Shown: positions 1 to 7,742 of the stretch, in pieces
How positions within the stretch are numbered: the first letter of the stretch is position 1
Layout of the letters: every line of letters begins with the position of its first letter
From: Dubosiella newyorkensis
Lineage (GTDB): Bacteria > Bacillota_I > Bacilli_A > Erysipelotrichales > Erysipelotrichaceae
Direction: 5' to 3'
Length of the DNA stretch: 11,740 nt
Assembly (NCBI RefSeq): GCF_001945605.1
Contig: NZ_MPKA01000104.1
Location: 1 to 11,740 of the forward strand
Notes under the pieces: model-generated
Databases searched by the model: none
Told to the model about the DNA's origin: nothing
The model's input: the letters and a program-made list of their open reading frames with translations, nothing else
Position numbers and translations under genes: made by a program

Positions 1-126
1 GCGATCGAATTCGCGGTAGCGGCAAGCGCTTTGAAGCATTCGATCGAAGGCGACTACAACCTCGTATCGGTCGATGAAGTCGAAAAGCTTGCTGGCGGCG
101 ACGGTTCTGGACGCGTTCAGCGATAA
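1..126 (+). CDS. 3' end of a PfkB/ribokinase-family sugar kinase (2-dehydro-3-deoxygluconokinase-like), partial
   Basis: Frame 1 is open from base 1 to TAA at 124-126. It reads [41 protein letters not shown], which matches my recollection of the conserved C-terminal tail of KdgK-type PfkB kinases. The 5' part lies outside the window. Confidence 0.5.
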   Translation, partial: AIEFAVAASALKHSIEGDYNLVSVDEVEKLAGGDGSGRVQR

Positions 127-133
127 AATCAAT

Positions 134-169
134 GACCTAGTCGAGTGCCATTCTCTCTAGGTCTTTTTT
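134..169 (+). terminator. Rho-independent terminator of the kinase gene
   Basis: GACCTAG (134-140) pairs with CTAGGTC (157-163), with extra GAG/CTC pairing inside, and is followed by TTTTTT (164-169). It starts 8 nt after the stop codon. Confidence 0.6.
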
Positions 170-183
170 GTTCATTTAAAATT

Positions 184-192
184 TGGTATAGT
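184..192 (+). promoter_or_regulatory. Extended -10 promoter element (TGGTATAGT) for the LacI-family gene
   Basis: TGgTATAGT lies about 30 nt upstream of the ATG at 223, and an AGGAG RBS sits at 211-215. No good -35 is present, which is common for TGn extended -10 promoters. Confidence 0.4.
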
Positions 193-222
193 AGTGAAAA
201 TGGCAAACAAAGGAGAAAGAAC

Positions 223-1221
223 ATGAATATATACGATATTTCCAAACAATCTGGTGTATCGATCGCCACCGTTTCCCGTGTCATCAACAATTCTGGCTAT
301 GTAGCAGAAAAAACACGAAAAAAAGTTATGGAAGTGATCGAAAAAAATAGTTATTCCCCCAATGCGTTTGCCCGAGGAATGTCTACATCCAGTATGAAAA
401 CCGTGGGTATTTTAACGACCAATATCCGGGACCTTTATCAAGCACAATGCGTCTATTATTTAGAGCAGGATCTTAAAAAACACGGCTATACGGCGATGCT
501 TTGTTGTACAGGCGATGAGCAAGCCGCTAAAAAAGAACACGTCGAGCTTCTCGCTTCAAGAAGTGTGGACGCGCTCATCTTTATTGGTTCGCACTTTGTA
601 GAAAAAAGCGAAAAGGACAATGGATATATTTACGCGGCGAGCAACCACATCCCCGTCTTTTTGCTGAATGGATGCTTGTCCCACTCCAATATCTACAGTA
701 TCCTGTGCGACGATGAAAAAGGCTGTTATGAACTGACTAAGTGCGCTCTCGATCATGGCGCCAAGTCCCCTTATTTTTTAGCGACTCGCGATACATTCAG
801 TGTCCAAAGAAAATGGAAAGGATTCAAAAAGTCTTGTAAAGAACATGACATCGAGATCGACGATTCCCGGTTCCGACTGTTAGAGGATGGTTTTGAGCAG
901 CTTGGCTCGCAAGTCTTCTCTATCCTTCAAGATACAGATATTGACGCGGCGATCTGCGTCGATGACGAGATCGCTTCGATCGTTGAAAAAGTCGCGGATT
1001 ATTGTAAACGAAAAGTTCCGCGCGACCTGCAGATCACAGGCTACAACGATTCGATTTTCGCGAAGCTCGCACATCCTGCGATCTCTTCGTTCGATAATCG
1101 AACCGCCTATATGTGTTCGCAAGCGATCTACGGATTAGTTCAAGTATTGGAAGGAAAAGAGTTTCCTGAAGAAACGATGTATACCGGAAAAGTCGTTCTA
1201 CGGCATTCCACGAACGATTAA
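223..1221 (+). CDS. LacI/GalR-family transcriptional regulator
   Basis: The N-terminus MNIYDISKQSGVSIATVSRVINNSGYV is the canonical LacI HTH. It is followed by a periplasmic-binding-protein-like sugar-binding core. I placed the start at ATG 223 (AGGAG 8 nt upstream) rather than ORF-track position 145, because the upstream 26 codons overlap the terminator and promoter. Confidence 0.9.
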   Translation: MNIYDISKQSGVSIATVSRVINNSGYVAEKTRKKVMEVIEKNSYSPNAFARGMSTSSMKTVGILTTNIRDLYQAQCVYYLEQDLKKHGYTAMLCCTGDEQAAKKEHVELLASRSVDALIFIGSHFVEKSEKDNGYIYAASNHIPVFLLNGCLSHSNIYSILCDDEKGCYELTKCALDHGAKSPYFLATRDTFSVQRKWKGFKKSCKEHDIEIDDSRFRLLEDGFEQLGSQVFSILQDTDIDAAICVDDEIASIVEKVADYCKRKVPRDLQITGYNDSIFAKLAHPAISSFDNRTAYMCSQAIYGLVQVLEGKEFPEETMYTGKVVLRHSTND

Positions 1222-1254
1222 AAAAAGCTTAGCCAAAAGGAGCTAAGCTTTTTC
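1219..1254. terminator. Bidirectional Rho-independent terminator between convergent LacI-family gene and metQ
   Basis: A perfect 8-bp stem, AGCTTAGC (1226-1233) with GCTAAGCT (1242-1249), is flanked by an A-run (1219-1226) and a T-run (1249-1253). It can therefore terminate transcripts from either strand. Confidence 0.7.
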
Positions 1255-1268
1255 TTATTCTTCTTAGA

Positions 1269-2111
1269 TTATTTAGCGGCTTGAACCGTATCGCCAAACT
1301 CTTCCGCGATAAATTCTTTGATGTGATCCGACTTTAACACTTCGACAAGCTTTTTCACCGCTTCATTGTCTGCATTCGATTTTTTCACCGCAATGATGTT
1401 CGCGTACAATTTTGCAGCATCGCTGTTCGCGTCTTCGATCGCGCGCTGGTATTCTGTAATATCGGCATCCAGAGCGTAGTTTCCATTGACCACGATCACA
1501 GGAGCGTCCTCGATGCGTGTTGGGATCTGATCGGCGGCAACTTCCACGATTTCAAGATTTTTAGGATTATCTTTGATATCGGCTTTTGTCGCTTTATCGA
1601 CTGTCGCGTCTTCTTTGAGCGTGATCAGTCCAAGATCTTGCAACAAGAACAAAGCGCGGGCTTCGTTGGTCGCATCATTTGGCACGACGACTTGATCCCC
1701 TTCCTTCAAATTATCGAGATTTATTTCTTCGATTTCTTTTGAATATACGCCCATTGGCTCGTAATGGATCGATCCGGCGCTGATCAAATATCCATCATCG
1801 CCTTCGGCATACCCGCTATCCGCATTGTAAGAATCAAGATATGGTTGGTGCTGGAAATAATTGGCGTCCAAAGAACCATCGCTAGTGGCTGGGTTGATGT
1901 TTGGATAATCCGAGAATTCTTTGATTTCTAATTCATAGCCACCGTCAGCCAATTGTTTTTTCGCTTCTTCTAAAATGATCGCGTGCGGGGATGTTGTCGC
2001 ACCCACGACGATTTTCTTAGAATCTGCATCCGAATCGGAACCATTGGAACTGCAAGCCGTTAAAGTGAGTCCTAGCGCGATCGCCGCGCCTACTTTTAAA
2101 AATTTGTTCAT
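1269..2111 (-). CDS. metQ: NlpA/MetQ-family lipoprotein, substrate-binding component of methionine-type ABC importer
   Basis: There is a signal peptide with lipobox LTLTAC (Cys20), a low-complexity SSNGSDSDADS linker, and a MetQ-like body (VGATTSPHAIILE...YFQHQPYL...VVPNDATNEARAL). An AAGGAG RBS precedes ATG 2111. Confidence 0.88.
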   Translation of the reverse strand: MNKFLKVGAAIALGLTLTACSSNGSDSDADSKKIVVGATTSPHAIILEEAKKQLADGGYELEIKEFSDYPNINPATSDGSLDANYFQHQPYLDSYNADSGYAEGDDGYLISAGSIHYEPMGVYSKEIEEINLDNLKEGDQVVVPNDATNEARALFLLQDLGLITLKEDATVDKATKADIKDNPKNLEIVEVAADQIPTRIEDAPVIVVNGNYALDADITEYQRAIEDANSDAAKLYANIIAVKKSNADNEAVKKLVEVLKSDHIKEFIAEEFGDTVQAAK

Positions 2112-2126
2112 TCTTTCTCTCCTTAT

Positions 2127-2801
2127 TTAATGGGTAGTTTTTTCTACCAATTTATTACCAATCGATTGAATGATCGATATGATAATCAAGATCAAGATCA
2201 CAACCGTATAGGTGATGTCATACATAAAACGTTGTCCATAGCGGATCGCCATGTCGCCTAGCCCTCCAGCGCCCACCGCGCCAACGATTGCGATTTGACC
2301 GATCAGCGCGATCAATGTGATCGTGATGCCTCGGATCATCCCTGGAATATTTTCTTTCAAATACACTTGGAAAATGATCTGCATCGGCGACATTCCCATG
2401 GAAATACTCGCCTCTACGATGCCTTCGGGGATCTCCATCATGCTCGACTCCATTTGCCGGGCGACAAAAGGGATCGTTCCTACGACCAAGGGGACCATCG
2501 CTCCCGAGATCCCGATCGTCGTTTTAAAGATCAGTCTCGATAAAAACGCGAGCATCGGCACGAGAATGATGAAAGGGATCGAACGGAACAAGTTGATGAT
2601 CTTATCCAAGATAAAGTACACCCATTTGTTCGGCAAGATGCCATCTTTTCTTGTGACGACGACGATCACGCCTAAGATCAAGCCAAAGAAGATCGATATG
2701 ATCCCGGAAAGCGCGAGCATGATAAGCGTATCAAGGATCGCTTTAGGAAATTGATCGATGTATTTTAGCACATTGGGCGCGATATTAGTCAATATGTCCA
2801 C
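2127..2801 (-). CDS. metI: MetI-type ABC transporter permease
   Basis: This is a 224-aa polytopic membrane protein of the MetI family. It uses a GTG start at 2801 preceded by GGAGG 9 nt upstream. It overlaps the metN 3' end by 17 nt. Confidence 0.88.
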   Translation of the reverse strand: MDILTNIAPNVLKYIDQFPKAILDTLIMLALSGIISIFFGLILGVIVVVTRKDGILPNKWVYFILDKIINLFRSIPFIILVPMLAFLSRLIFKTTIGISGAMVPLVVGTIPFVARQMESSMMEIPEGIVEASISMGMSPMQIIFQVYLKENIPGMIRGITITLIALIGQIAIVGAVGAGGLGDMAIRYGQRFMYDITYTVVILILIIISIIQSIGNKLVEKTTH

Positions 2802-3828
2802 GTTTCATTACCTCCACATATACACCTTCTTTTTTACATTGATCAAGAGCATGCCGGATATTCTCGTCTTCGCCTGTAAATACCGTTACAAGCGTTCCTA
2901 GCGGCGTGTCTTTGATCACTTCGACATTTCCAAAAATTATTGAGCAGTCGACGTTGTAGTCGCGCGAGATCTTGGAAATGAGCGCTTCACGCGTGTTGCT
3001 GGATGAATACTTCAGTTTCACGAGCTGTTGATTGCTTGCAAGCTGGGTCAAAGGATGATTCTCTTTGATCAGTTCATTGATCTTGTTGGAGTTGTTGGTC
3101 GTATTGATGAAGTTCTTTGTAATTTCCTGGATCGGATTGACAAAGACAGGCACGATATCGTCTTTTTCGACGACACGTCCATTCTCCATCACAGCGACAC
3201 GATCGCAAACCTCTTTGACAACAAGCATTTCGTGAGTGATCATCACCACGGTCAAATTCATTTCTTGATTGACTTTTTTAATGAGCTTCAAGATACTTTG
3301 GGTCGTTTGCGGGTCTAGAGCGCTTGTCGCTTCATCGCATAAAAGCACCTTGGGTTCACTGGCCAGCGCCCTTGCGATCGCCACCCGTTGCTTCTGTCCA
3401 CCCGATAGCTGAGAAGGATACGAATCCTTTCGCTCCACTAGATCGATCAATTCGAGCAATTCCATGACTTTCTGTTCGATGAACGCTTTGTCTTTTTTCA
3501 TCATCCTGAGCGGCAAGGCGATATTTTCATAGACGGTCTTCGCGCGCATCAAATTGAAGTGCTGAAAGATCATCCCCATTTTTTGGCGTTCTTGCCGGAG
3601 CTCTTTATCGCTCAGCTCGAGCAGATCCTTTCCATCGAAGATCACTTTCCCATCTTCGGGCCGTTCTAATAAATTGATGCATCTTACCAAGGTCGATTTT
3701 CCAGCTCCTGAAAATCCAATGATGCCATAGATCTGCCCTTCTTTGATATGAAGGCTCACATCCTTGACCGCATGGACATCCCCGTCCTTAGTCTGAAATG
3801 TCTTCGTTACATGTTCAAGTCGAATCAT
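2785..3828 (-). CDS. metN: MetN-type ABC transporter ATP-binding protein with C-terminal NIL domain
   Basis: It carries Walker A GFSGAGKST, signature LSGGQKQR and Walker B LLCDEATSALD. It also has a roughly 100-aa C-terminal regulatory (NIL-type) domain typical of MetN. Confidence 0.9.
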   Translation of the reverse strand: MIRLEHVTKTFQTKDGDVHAVKDVSLHIKEGQIYGIIGFSGAGKSTLVRCINLLERPEDGKVIFDGKDLLELSDKELRQERQKMGMIFQHFNLMRAKTVYENIALPLRMMKKDKAFIEQKVMELLELIDLVERKDSYPSQLSGGQKQRVAIARALASEPKVLLCDEATSALDPQTTQSILKLIKKVNQEMNLTVVMITHEMLVVKEVCDRVAVMENGRVVEKDDIVPVFVNPIQEITKNFINTTNNSNKINELIKENHPLTQLASNQQLVKLKYSSSNTREALISKISRDYNVDCSIIFGNVEVIKDTPLGTLVTVFTGEDENIRHALDQCKKEGVYVEVMKRGHID

Positions 3829-3842
3829 TTTGTCGTCCTTTC

Positions 3843-3874
3843 CAAAAAAAAATCCGTCCTTGATTAGGACGAAT
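3843..3874 (-). terminator. Intrinsic terminator (expression platform) of the T-box leader
   Basis: Minus-strand AUUCGUCCU, loop AAUCA, then AGGACGGAU gives 9 bp including one G-U pair. It is followed by U9 (A-run 3844-3852 on the plus strand). It ends about 15 nt before the metN start at 3828. Confidence 0.8.
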
Positions 3875-4099
3875 GCTTATTCGTGTTACCACCTAAAGTT
3901 TATCCTCTTTTCGCAAAGAAGGACCTCATCGAGTACCAACATACTCTATCGCTGTAACGGGCGCATCCCGTCGTGGCTTACATTTCAGCCACGCTACTCC
4001 AAGACCATGTTCGCCTAGCTCTTCACGTTCTCTTCCACCAAATCGAGATACTCTCTTTGCTTCCAAGCTCGACTACTCTTCTTTTCAACATCAATTTAT
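3843..4099 (-). promoter_or_regulatory. T-box riboswitch leader controlling the metN-metI-metQ operon
   Basis: Elements read on the minus strand:
- Stem I start ...GAAAAGAAGAGUA, with AGUA at 4074-4077.
- AG bulge AGAGAG at 4051-4056.
- Distal loop UGGUGGAA at 4035-4040.
- Specifier loop 3' side GAA-CAUG-G at 4005-4012.
- F-box CCGUUA at 3955-3960.
- T-box core AGGUGGUAAC at 3885-3894, including the UGGU that pairs with tRNA ACCA.
- An ACGAAU/AUUCGU helix, then a terminator whose 5' arm competes with the antiterminator. Confidence 0.85.
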
Positions 4100-4105
4100 G
4101 GTTAG

Positions 4106-4134
4106 ATATTACCAGTTATCTGAAACAATGTCAA
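4106..4134 (-). promoter_or_regulatory. SigA-type promoter for the T-box/metNIQ transcript
   Basis: On the minus strand there is a consensus -35 TTGACA (4129-4134), an exact 17-nt spacer, and a -10 TAATAT (4106-4111). Confidence 0.65.
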
Positions 4135-4162
4135 AGTTTTTTCAGAAAAAAAATCGTATTTT

Positions 4163-4882
4163 TCATGAACGAATGATCGAAGGATAGAACTGGATCCCGC
4201 TCTTGATCATCCGATGGATCATCGGCCTTCCGATTTGTGAAAAATACGACTCAATATTCGGTGCCGATAAAACCAATAGATCTCCCTGATTCCCTTTTTT
4301 GATCGTGCCTATCTTCTCCAAGTGATAGGCTTTTGCAGGATTTCGTGTCATCGCGTTCAAGATCTTGATCGGATCTTCGTGAAAAAGAACATTCAATAAA
4401 AAGCCTAAAGGCTGAAGCGAATAGATCTTATATGGGTTCACATCCATCCCGCACGATAAAATAAACTCTTGATGGATCTTATGAGCAGGAACCATATCGA
4501 TAATAGGCAGTTCAGCGTTCTTCTTGGTCGTGATCACTTCCTGAAACAATTCTTTTCTGCGCAAGCTAGGATCATGACTAACAAGAGTCAAGATCCCATT
4601 TTGTTTCATGGCATATAACAGATCCGAGACGTTGCGGATACGGTCGCCTTCTAGCATCGATTTAGAGCAGGTAAACTTTCCATCAATGAAGGCCGGAACG
4701 ACACACTCTCCTCTTGCGTCGATCATTCTTGTCGCGTCATCCACCCATTTTTTAGGATCATGGCTTCCGAAATCCAGGATCTTATCGTGATGCAGTGCGA
4801 CAAACGCTTGCGAAATGATCGTATTTTTGGAATCACATAAATAAAGATTTTCTATATTCTTTATTAAAAGAGTTGCTTTCAT
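4163..4882 (-). CDS. Short amidohydrolase-superfamily-like protein lacking the HxH metal motif (function unknown)
   Basis: The N-terminus (LLIKNIENLY...KILDFG...MIDARGECVVPAFIDG) and C-terminus (ILNAMTRNPAKAYHLEKIGTIKKGNQGDLLVLS) look like the composite beta-sandwich and barrel-end segments of amidohydrolases. However, the protein is only 239 aa, and GKFTC sits where HxH is expected. A GGAG RBS lies 5 nt upstream of ATG 4882. Confidence 0.55.
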   Translation of the reverse strand: MKATLLIKNIENLYLCDSKNTIISQAFVALHHDKILDFGSHDPKKWVDDATRMIDARGECVVPAFIDGKFTCSKSMLEGDRIRNVSDLLYAMKQNGILTLVSHDPSLRRKELFQEVITTKKNAELPIIDMVPAHKIHQEFILSCGMDVNPYKIYSLQPLGFLLNVLFHEDPIKILNAMTRNPAKAYHLEKIGTIKKGNQGDLLVLSAPNIESYFSQIGRPMIHRMIKSGIQFYPSIIRS

Positions 4883-4901
4883 ACGATCTCCTTTTTATAA
4901 T
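4873..4901 (+). promoter_or_regulatory. Candidate SigA promoter for the alpha/beta-hydrolase gene
   Basis: -35 TTGCTT (4873-4878), a 17-nt spacer and -10 TATAAT (4896-4901). The -35 overlaps the start codon of the divergent gene. The intergenic gap is only 42 nt. Confidence 0.4.
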
Positions 4902-4924
4902 CTTTAAATCTAGGGGGTTTTATT

Positions 4925-5596
4925 GTGTTTTTTAAATTTAGAAAAAAGCCGATTGTACTCACCGTGCATGGTTTTGGGCAAAAACGTCATCATGAAATGG
5001 ACGACTTGGCTGCCTTTCTTTCCCGTCAAGGCTACGAAGTGATTCAGTTCGACTTATATGATCTAAACAATCCATCCGATGCCGATATCCATAAGTGGAT
5101 CGAGCGTGCTGAGCAAGCGATGAAAAAGGCGCTTTCAAAAAGCAGCGAAGTTTATGTAGTCGGCTTCAGTATGGGAGGTGTGATCAGCAGCTATCTAGCG
5201 ACGATCTATCCGATCAAAGCGCTCGTTTTAGTGGCGCCCGCGTTCCAATATATCAACTTGCAGCTCGCTAAAACGATTACGATGAAGACTTTTTCTTCCA
5301 CTTCGCCTTCCGCCTCGAAAGCGCCTTCCAAAGCCCAGACGAAAGCGTTCACCGAAATCGTCTCCCGCTTCAAAGAGTCGATCGCCCACGTGACGTGTCC
5401 GATCTTGATCTTGCATGGAACAAAAGACGAGGTGATCGATCCTTCCAGTTCGCATAGTGCCTTTAAAAAGATCGACCATCCAAAAAAATGCTTGCTTTAT
5501 TTAGAGGGAGCGCCACATCGTTTATTATATACGAAAGAATTCGAAAAGCCGGCCTTTTCCATCATTCTATCGATGCTTCAAGGAAAGCTTGTCTAG
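4925..5596 (+). CDS. Alpha/beta-hydrolase (carboxylesterase / lysophospholipase-like serine hydrolase)
   Basis: It has the nucleophile elbow GFSMGG, an acid in HGTKDEVID and a histidine in EGAPHRL, in the canonical Ser-Asp-His order. It uses a GTG start at 4925 with AGGGGG 7 nt upstream. A Ser/Pro/Ala/Lys-rich insertion (SSTSPSASKAPSKAQTKA) sits in the cap region. Confidence 0.85.
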   Translation: MFFKFRKKPIVLTVHGFGQKRHHEMDDLAAFLSRQGYEVIQFDLYDLNNPSDADIHKWIERAEQAMKKALSKSSEVYVVGFSMGGVISSYLATIYPIKALVLVAPAFQYINLQLAKTITMKTFSSTSPSASKAPSKAQTKAFTEIVSRFKESIAHVTCPILILHGTKDEVIDPSSSHSAFKKIDHPKKCLLYLEGAPHRLLYTKEFEKPAFSIILSMLQGKLV

Positions 5597-7052
5597 CTTT
5601 CCTTTTTTTCAGATGCGCTTCGAGCAGATCTTGTTTGAGATCGAATAAAGAGCCTGAAAGATCGACGTAATATTCTTGTGGATAGGCGAAACGTTTCAAT
5701 TCGTCCCATAGTGTTTCTTGTTGTTCGAGGCAATACGCACGGATCTGAGTAATGCTTGGCGAAGTGTAGATCTGTTTTCCATCTTCAAACACTTTGATCA
5801 GCAGATCTTTAAATTCATAGCTTCCTGCTGGAAAAACTTTATATTTCCATTTCGACATTGGATGATAGATCGTTAGATCCTGGTTCGGATCGATCGTTTC
5901 CTGGTGAAGACACATCAAGTCCGCGACCGCTTTTTGACTTTCACGATCGTAGATCCGGTAAAGATCTTTCCAGCCCGGATTGGTGACTTTTTCTAGATTA
6001 TCGCTGATCTTGATCTTCGGGACCCATTCCTCTCCTTCCTTGATCGCAACCATTTTATAGACTCCGCCAAAGACAGGCGAAGTCCTCGAGCAGATCAAGT
6101 TTTCACCGACACCAAACGAATCGATCTTAGCGCCTTGTTGGTGGATGAGCGATTCGATCACATATTCATCCAAGGAATTTGAAACGACGATTTTGCAGTC
6201 GTTCATATTGGCTTCATCCAATTTTTTGCGGACCCGTTTCGATAAGTACGCCATATCGCCACTATCGATCCGAACTCCTTGTAGACGATAGCCATTCGGC
6301 TCCAAATAGTCTTTCGCGACTTTGATGGCGTTTTCAATCCCAGATCCTAATGTTGAATACGTATCGATCAGCAGAGTGCAATGCTCAGGATACGTTTTTG
6401 CATAATTCAAGAACGCTTCATATTCTGTATCGAAGCTTTGAACAAAAGAGTGCGCCATCGTACCAAGTACAGGGATCTGAAATTGTTCACCCGCAAACGT
6501 CGTGGCCGTTCCTGCGCATCCAACAATATAAGCCGCTCTTGCGCCATAGATCGCCGCATCAAAGCTATGGGCCCTTCGTGCCCCAAATTCCATAACCGCT
6601 CTTCCTTCCGCGGCTTGCACGATCCTTCTTGCTTTGGTGGCGATGAGCGTTTGATGGTTGATCGCTAAAAGAAGGGCTGTCTCTACGAGCTGGGCTTCGA
6701 TGAGCTTCGCTTTGACTCGCAAGACCGGCTCATTAGGAAAGATCGGCGTTCCTTCTGGAACGGCCCAAAGATCGCCTGTAAAGCGGACCGTCGATAAATA
6801 TTCTAAAAAATCTTCTTCAAACAGATGAAGCGACCGCAAATACTCGATATCTCCTTTTGAAACGTGAAAATCACGAATATATTCGATAGCTTGTTCTAAA
6901 CCGGCAGCGATGCAGAAACCGCCATCATCGGGATTTTTACGATAAAAAAGATCGAAGATGGCTTCTTCTTCGCGATGTTCTTTATAATAGCATTGACTCA
7001 TCGTCAATTCATAAAAATCCATGACAAGCGTCAAATTTCTTCCGTCTTTCAT
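5562..7052 (-). CDS. pncB: Nicotinate phosphoribosyltransferase
   Basis: The N-terminus LTLVMDFYELTMSQCYY and internal GTMAHSF and FGVGE motifs are typical of the NaPRTase family. I set the start at ATG 7052 (GAGGTG RBS upstream), which forms an ATGA overlap with the pncA stop. The 24 upstream codons in the ORF track lie inside pncA. Confidence 0.9.
   Translation of the reverse strand: MKDGRNLTLVMDFYELTMSQCYYKEHREEEAIFDLFYRKNPDDGGFCIAAGLEQAIEYIRDFHVSKGDIEYLRSLHLFEEDFLEYLSTVRFTGDLWAVPEGTPIFPNEPVLRVKAKLIEAQLVETALLLAINHQTLIATKARRIVQAAEGRAVMEFGARRAHSFDAAIYGARAAYIVGCAGTATTFAGEQFQIPVLGTMAHSFVQSFDTEYEAFLNYAKTYPEHCTLLIDTYSTLGSGIENAIKVAKDYLEPNGYRLQGVRIDSGDMAYLSKRVRKKLDEANMNDCKIVVSNSLDEYVIESLIHQQGAKIDSFGVGENLICSRTSPVFGGVYKMVAIKEGEEWVPKIKISDNLEKVTNPGWKDLYRIYDRESQKAVADLMCLHQETIDPNQDLTIYHPMSKWKYKVFPAGSYEFKDLLIKVFEDGKQIYTSPSITQIRAYCLEQQETLWDELKRFAYPQEYYVDLSGSLFDLKQDLLEAHLKKRKARQAFLEASIE
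5582..5609 (+). terminator. Rho-independent terminator of the hydrolase gene, embedded in the pncB coding 3' end
   Basis: A perfect 8-bp stem, GGAAAGCT (5582-5589) with AGCTTTCC (5595-5602), has loop TGTCT and is followed by T7 (5603-5609). The hydrolase TAG stop (5594-5596) lies in the loop/3' arm. Confidence 0.7.
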
Positions 7053-7666
7053 TGTTTCACCTCGATCGACCGAACGACTTCGATCCCATTTTGTTTCATA
7101 TTTTGGATTGCGGCTTCGTTCCAAAAATTCGCGTCATGCACCCCTTCGATATGATATGTATCCACACAATCTTCTGGAATGATGATGCGATGTTCCTTAA
7201 GATCCATCTCGTTGAGATAGCTTCTCAAAGAGAGCGCGAATTGGAGGATACAAAGATCTGTACAGCAACCAGTGATGATCAAGTCTTGGCTCGGCGCTAG
7301 AATATCCGGTAGCCGTTTTTGGAACGAAGGAGCCATAAATGTATTTGTGCTGTTTTTATAAACAACATCTTGCTTGTAGGCAAGCAGTTCATCGATCACT
7401 TCCGCTTCATGGCTTTTCTCGATGCAATGGGGCGGATACGATCTAAATTCTGCCGCATCCGCGCTGTGGGAATCGCAAATGAACAATGTGCGATCTTTTA
7501 ATCGTTGAACAAGCGCCTCGATTGGCTTGCTGATGGGAAAGATCGTGGAATCGGCGAGCGCTCCTTCTTTGATGAAGCCATTGATCATATCTACAACGAA
7601 TAAATACGGCTTGTTTAGTTCTATGAAACGAAGAGTTGCTTCTTCGTGCTGTTTTCTTTTTGCCAT
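7049..7666 (-). CDS. pncA: Nicotinamidase / isochorismatase-family cysteine hydrolase
   Basis: It shows the catalytic Asp (VVDMINGF), Lys (YKNSTNTF) and Cys (GCCTDLCI) pattern. It also has the metal-site pattern DSH...YPPHC seen in nicotinamidases. It is translationally coupled to pncB. Confidence 0.75.
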   Translation of the reverse strand: MAKRKQHEEATLRFIELNKPYLFVVDMINGFIKEGALADSTIFPISKPIEALVQRLKDRTLFICDSHSADAAEFRSYPPHCIEKSHEAEVIDELLAYKQDVVYKNSTNTFMAPSFQKRLPDILAPSQDLIITGCCTDLCILQFALSLRSYLNEMDLKEHRIIIPEDCVDTYHIEGVHDANFWNEAAIQNMKQNGIEVVRSIEVKQ

Positions 7667-7691
7667 TGTTTTCTCCTATGTCATTTAAATT

Positions 7692-7700
7692 AGTATAACA
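7692..7700 (-). promoter_or_regulatory. Extended -10 element (TGTTATACT) for pncA-pncB
   Basis: Minus-strand TGtTATACT lies immediately after the recA terminator U-tract and about 25 nt upstream of the AGGAGA RBS / ATG 7666. Confidence 0.4.
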
Positions 7701-7738
7701 CAAAAAAAGAGAAGTCGATTTATACCTGGACTTCTCTT
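7701..7738 (-). terminator. Rho-independent terminator of recA
   Basis: The 9-bp stem AGAGAAGTC (7708-7716) / GACTTCTCT (7729-7737) begins 5 nt after the recA TAA. On the minus strand it is followed by U7 (A-run 7702-7708 on the plus strand). Confidence 0.7.
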
Positions 7739-7742
7739 GTCT

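Noticed and set aside
145-222. N-terminal extension of the LacI-family ORF (start at 145)
   Set aside because: The extension overlaps the upstream terminator hairpin and the extended -10 element and has no RBS. ATG 223 has AGGAG at proper spacing and begins exactly at the conserved HTH.
3830-4176. Two plus-strand ORFs (62 and 67 aa) between metN and the amidohydrolase-like gene
   Set aside because: They are antisense to a complete T-box leader that explains the whole interval. They have no RBS and a low-complexity composition.
4167-4178. GAACGAATGATC, a near-match to the GAAC-N4-GTTC Cheo box
   Set aside because: It has one mismatch in the conserved GTTC arm. It lies in the last codons of the amidohydrolase-like gene, upstream of a methionine-type transporter promoter. 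There is no SOS-related context, so it is probably a by-product of the GATC richness.
7053-7124. N-terminal extension of the pncB ORF (start at 7124)
   Set aside because: The 24 extra codons lie inside the pncA coding region. ATG 7052 has a GAGGTG RBS and an ATGA stop/start overlap, and it aligns with the conserved NaPRTase N-terminus MKDGRNLTL..DFYELTM.
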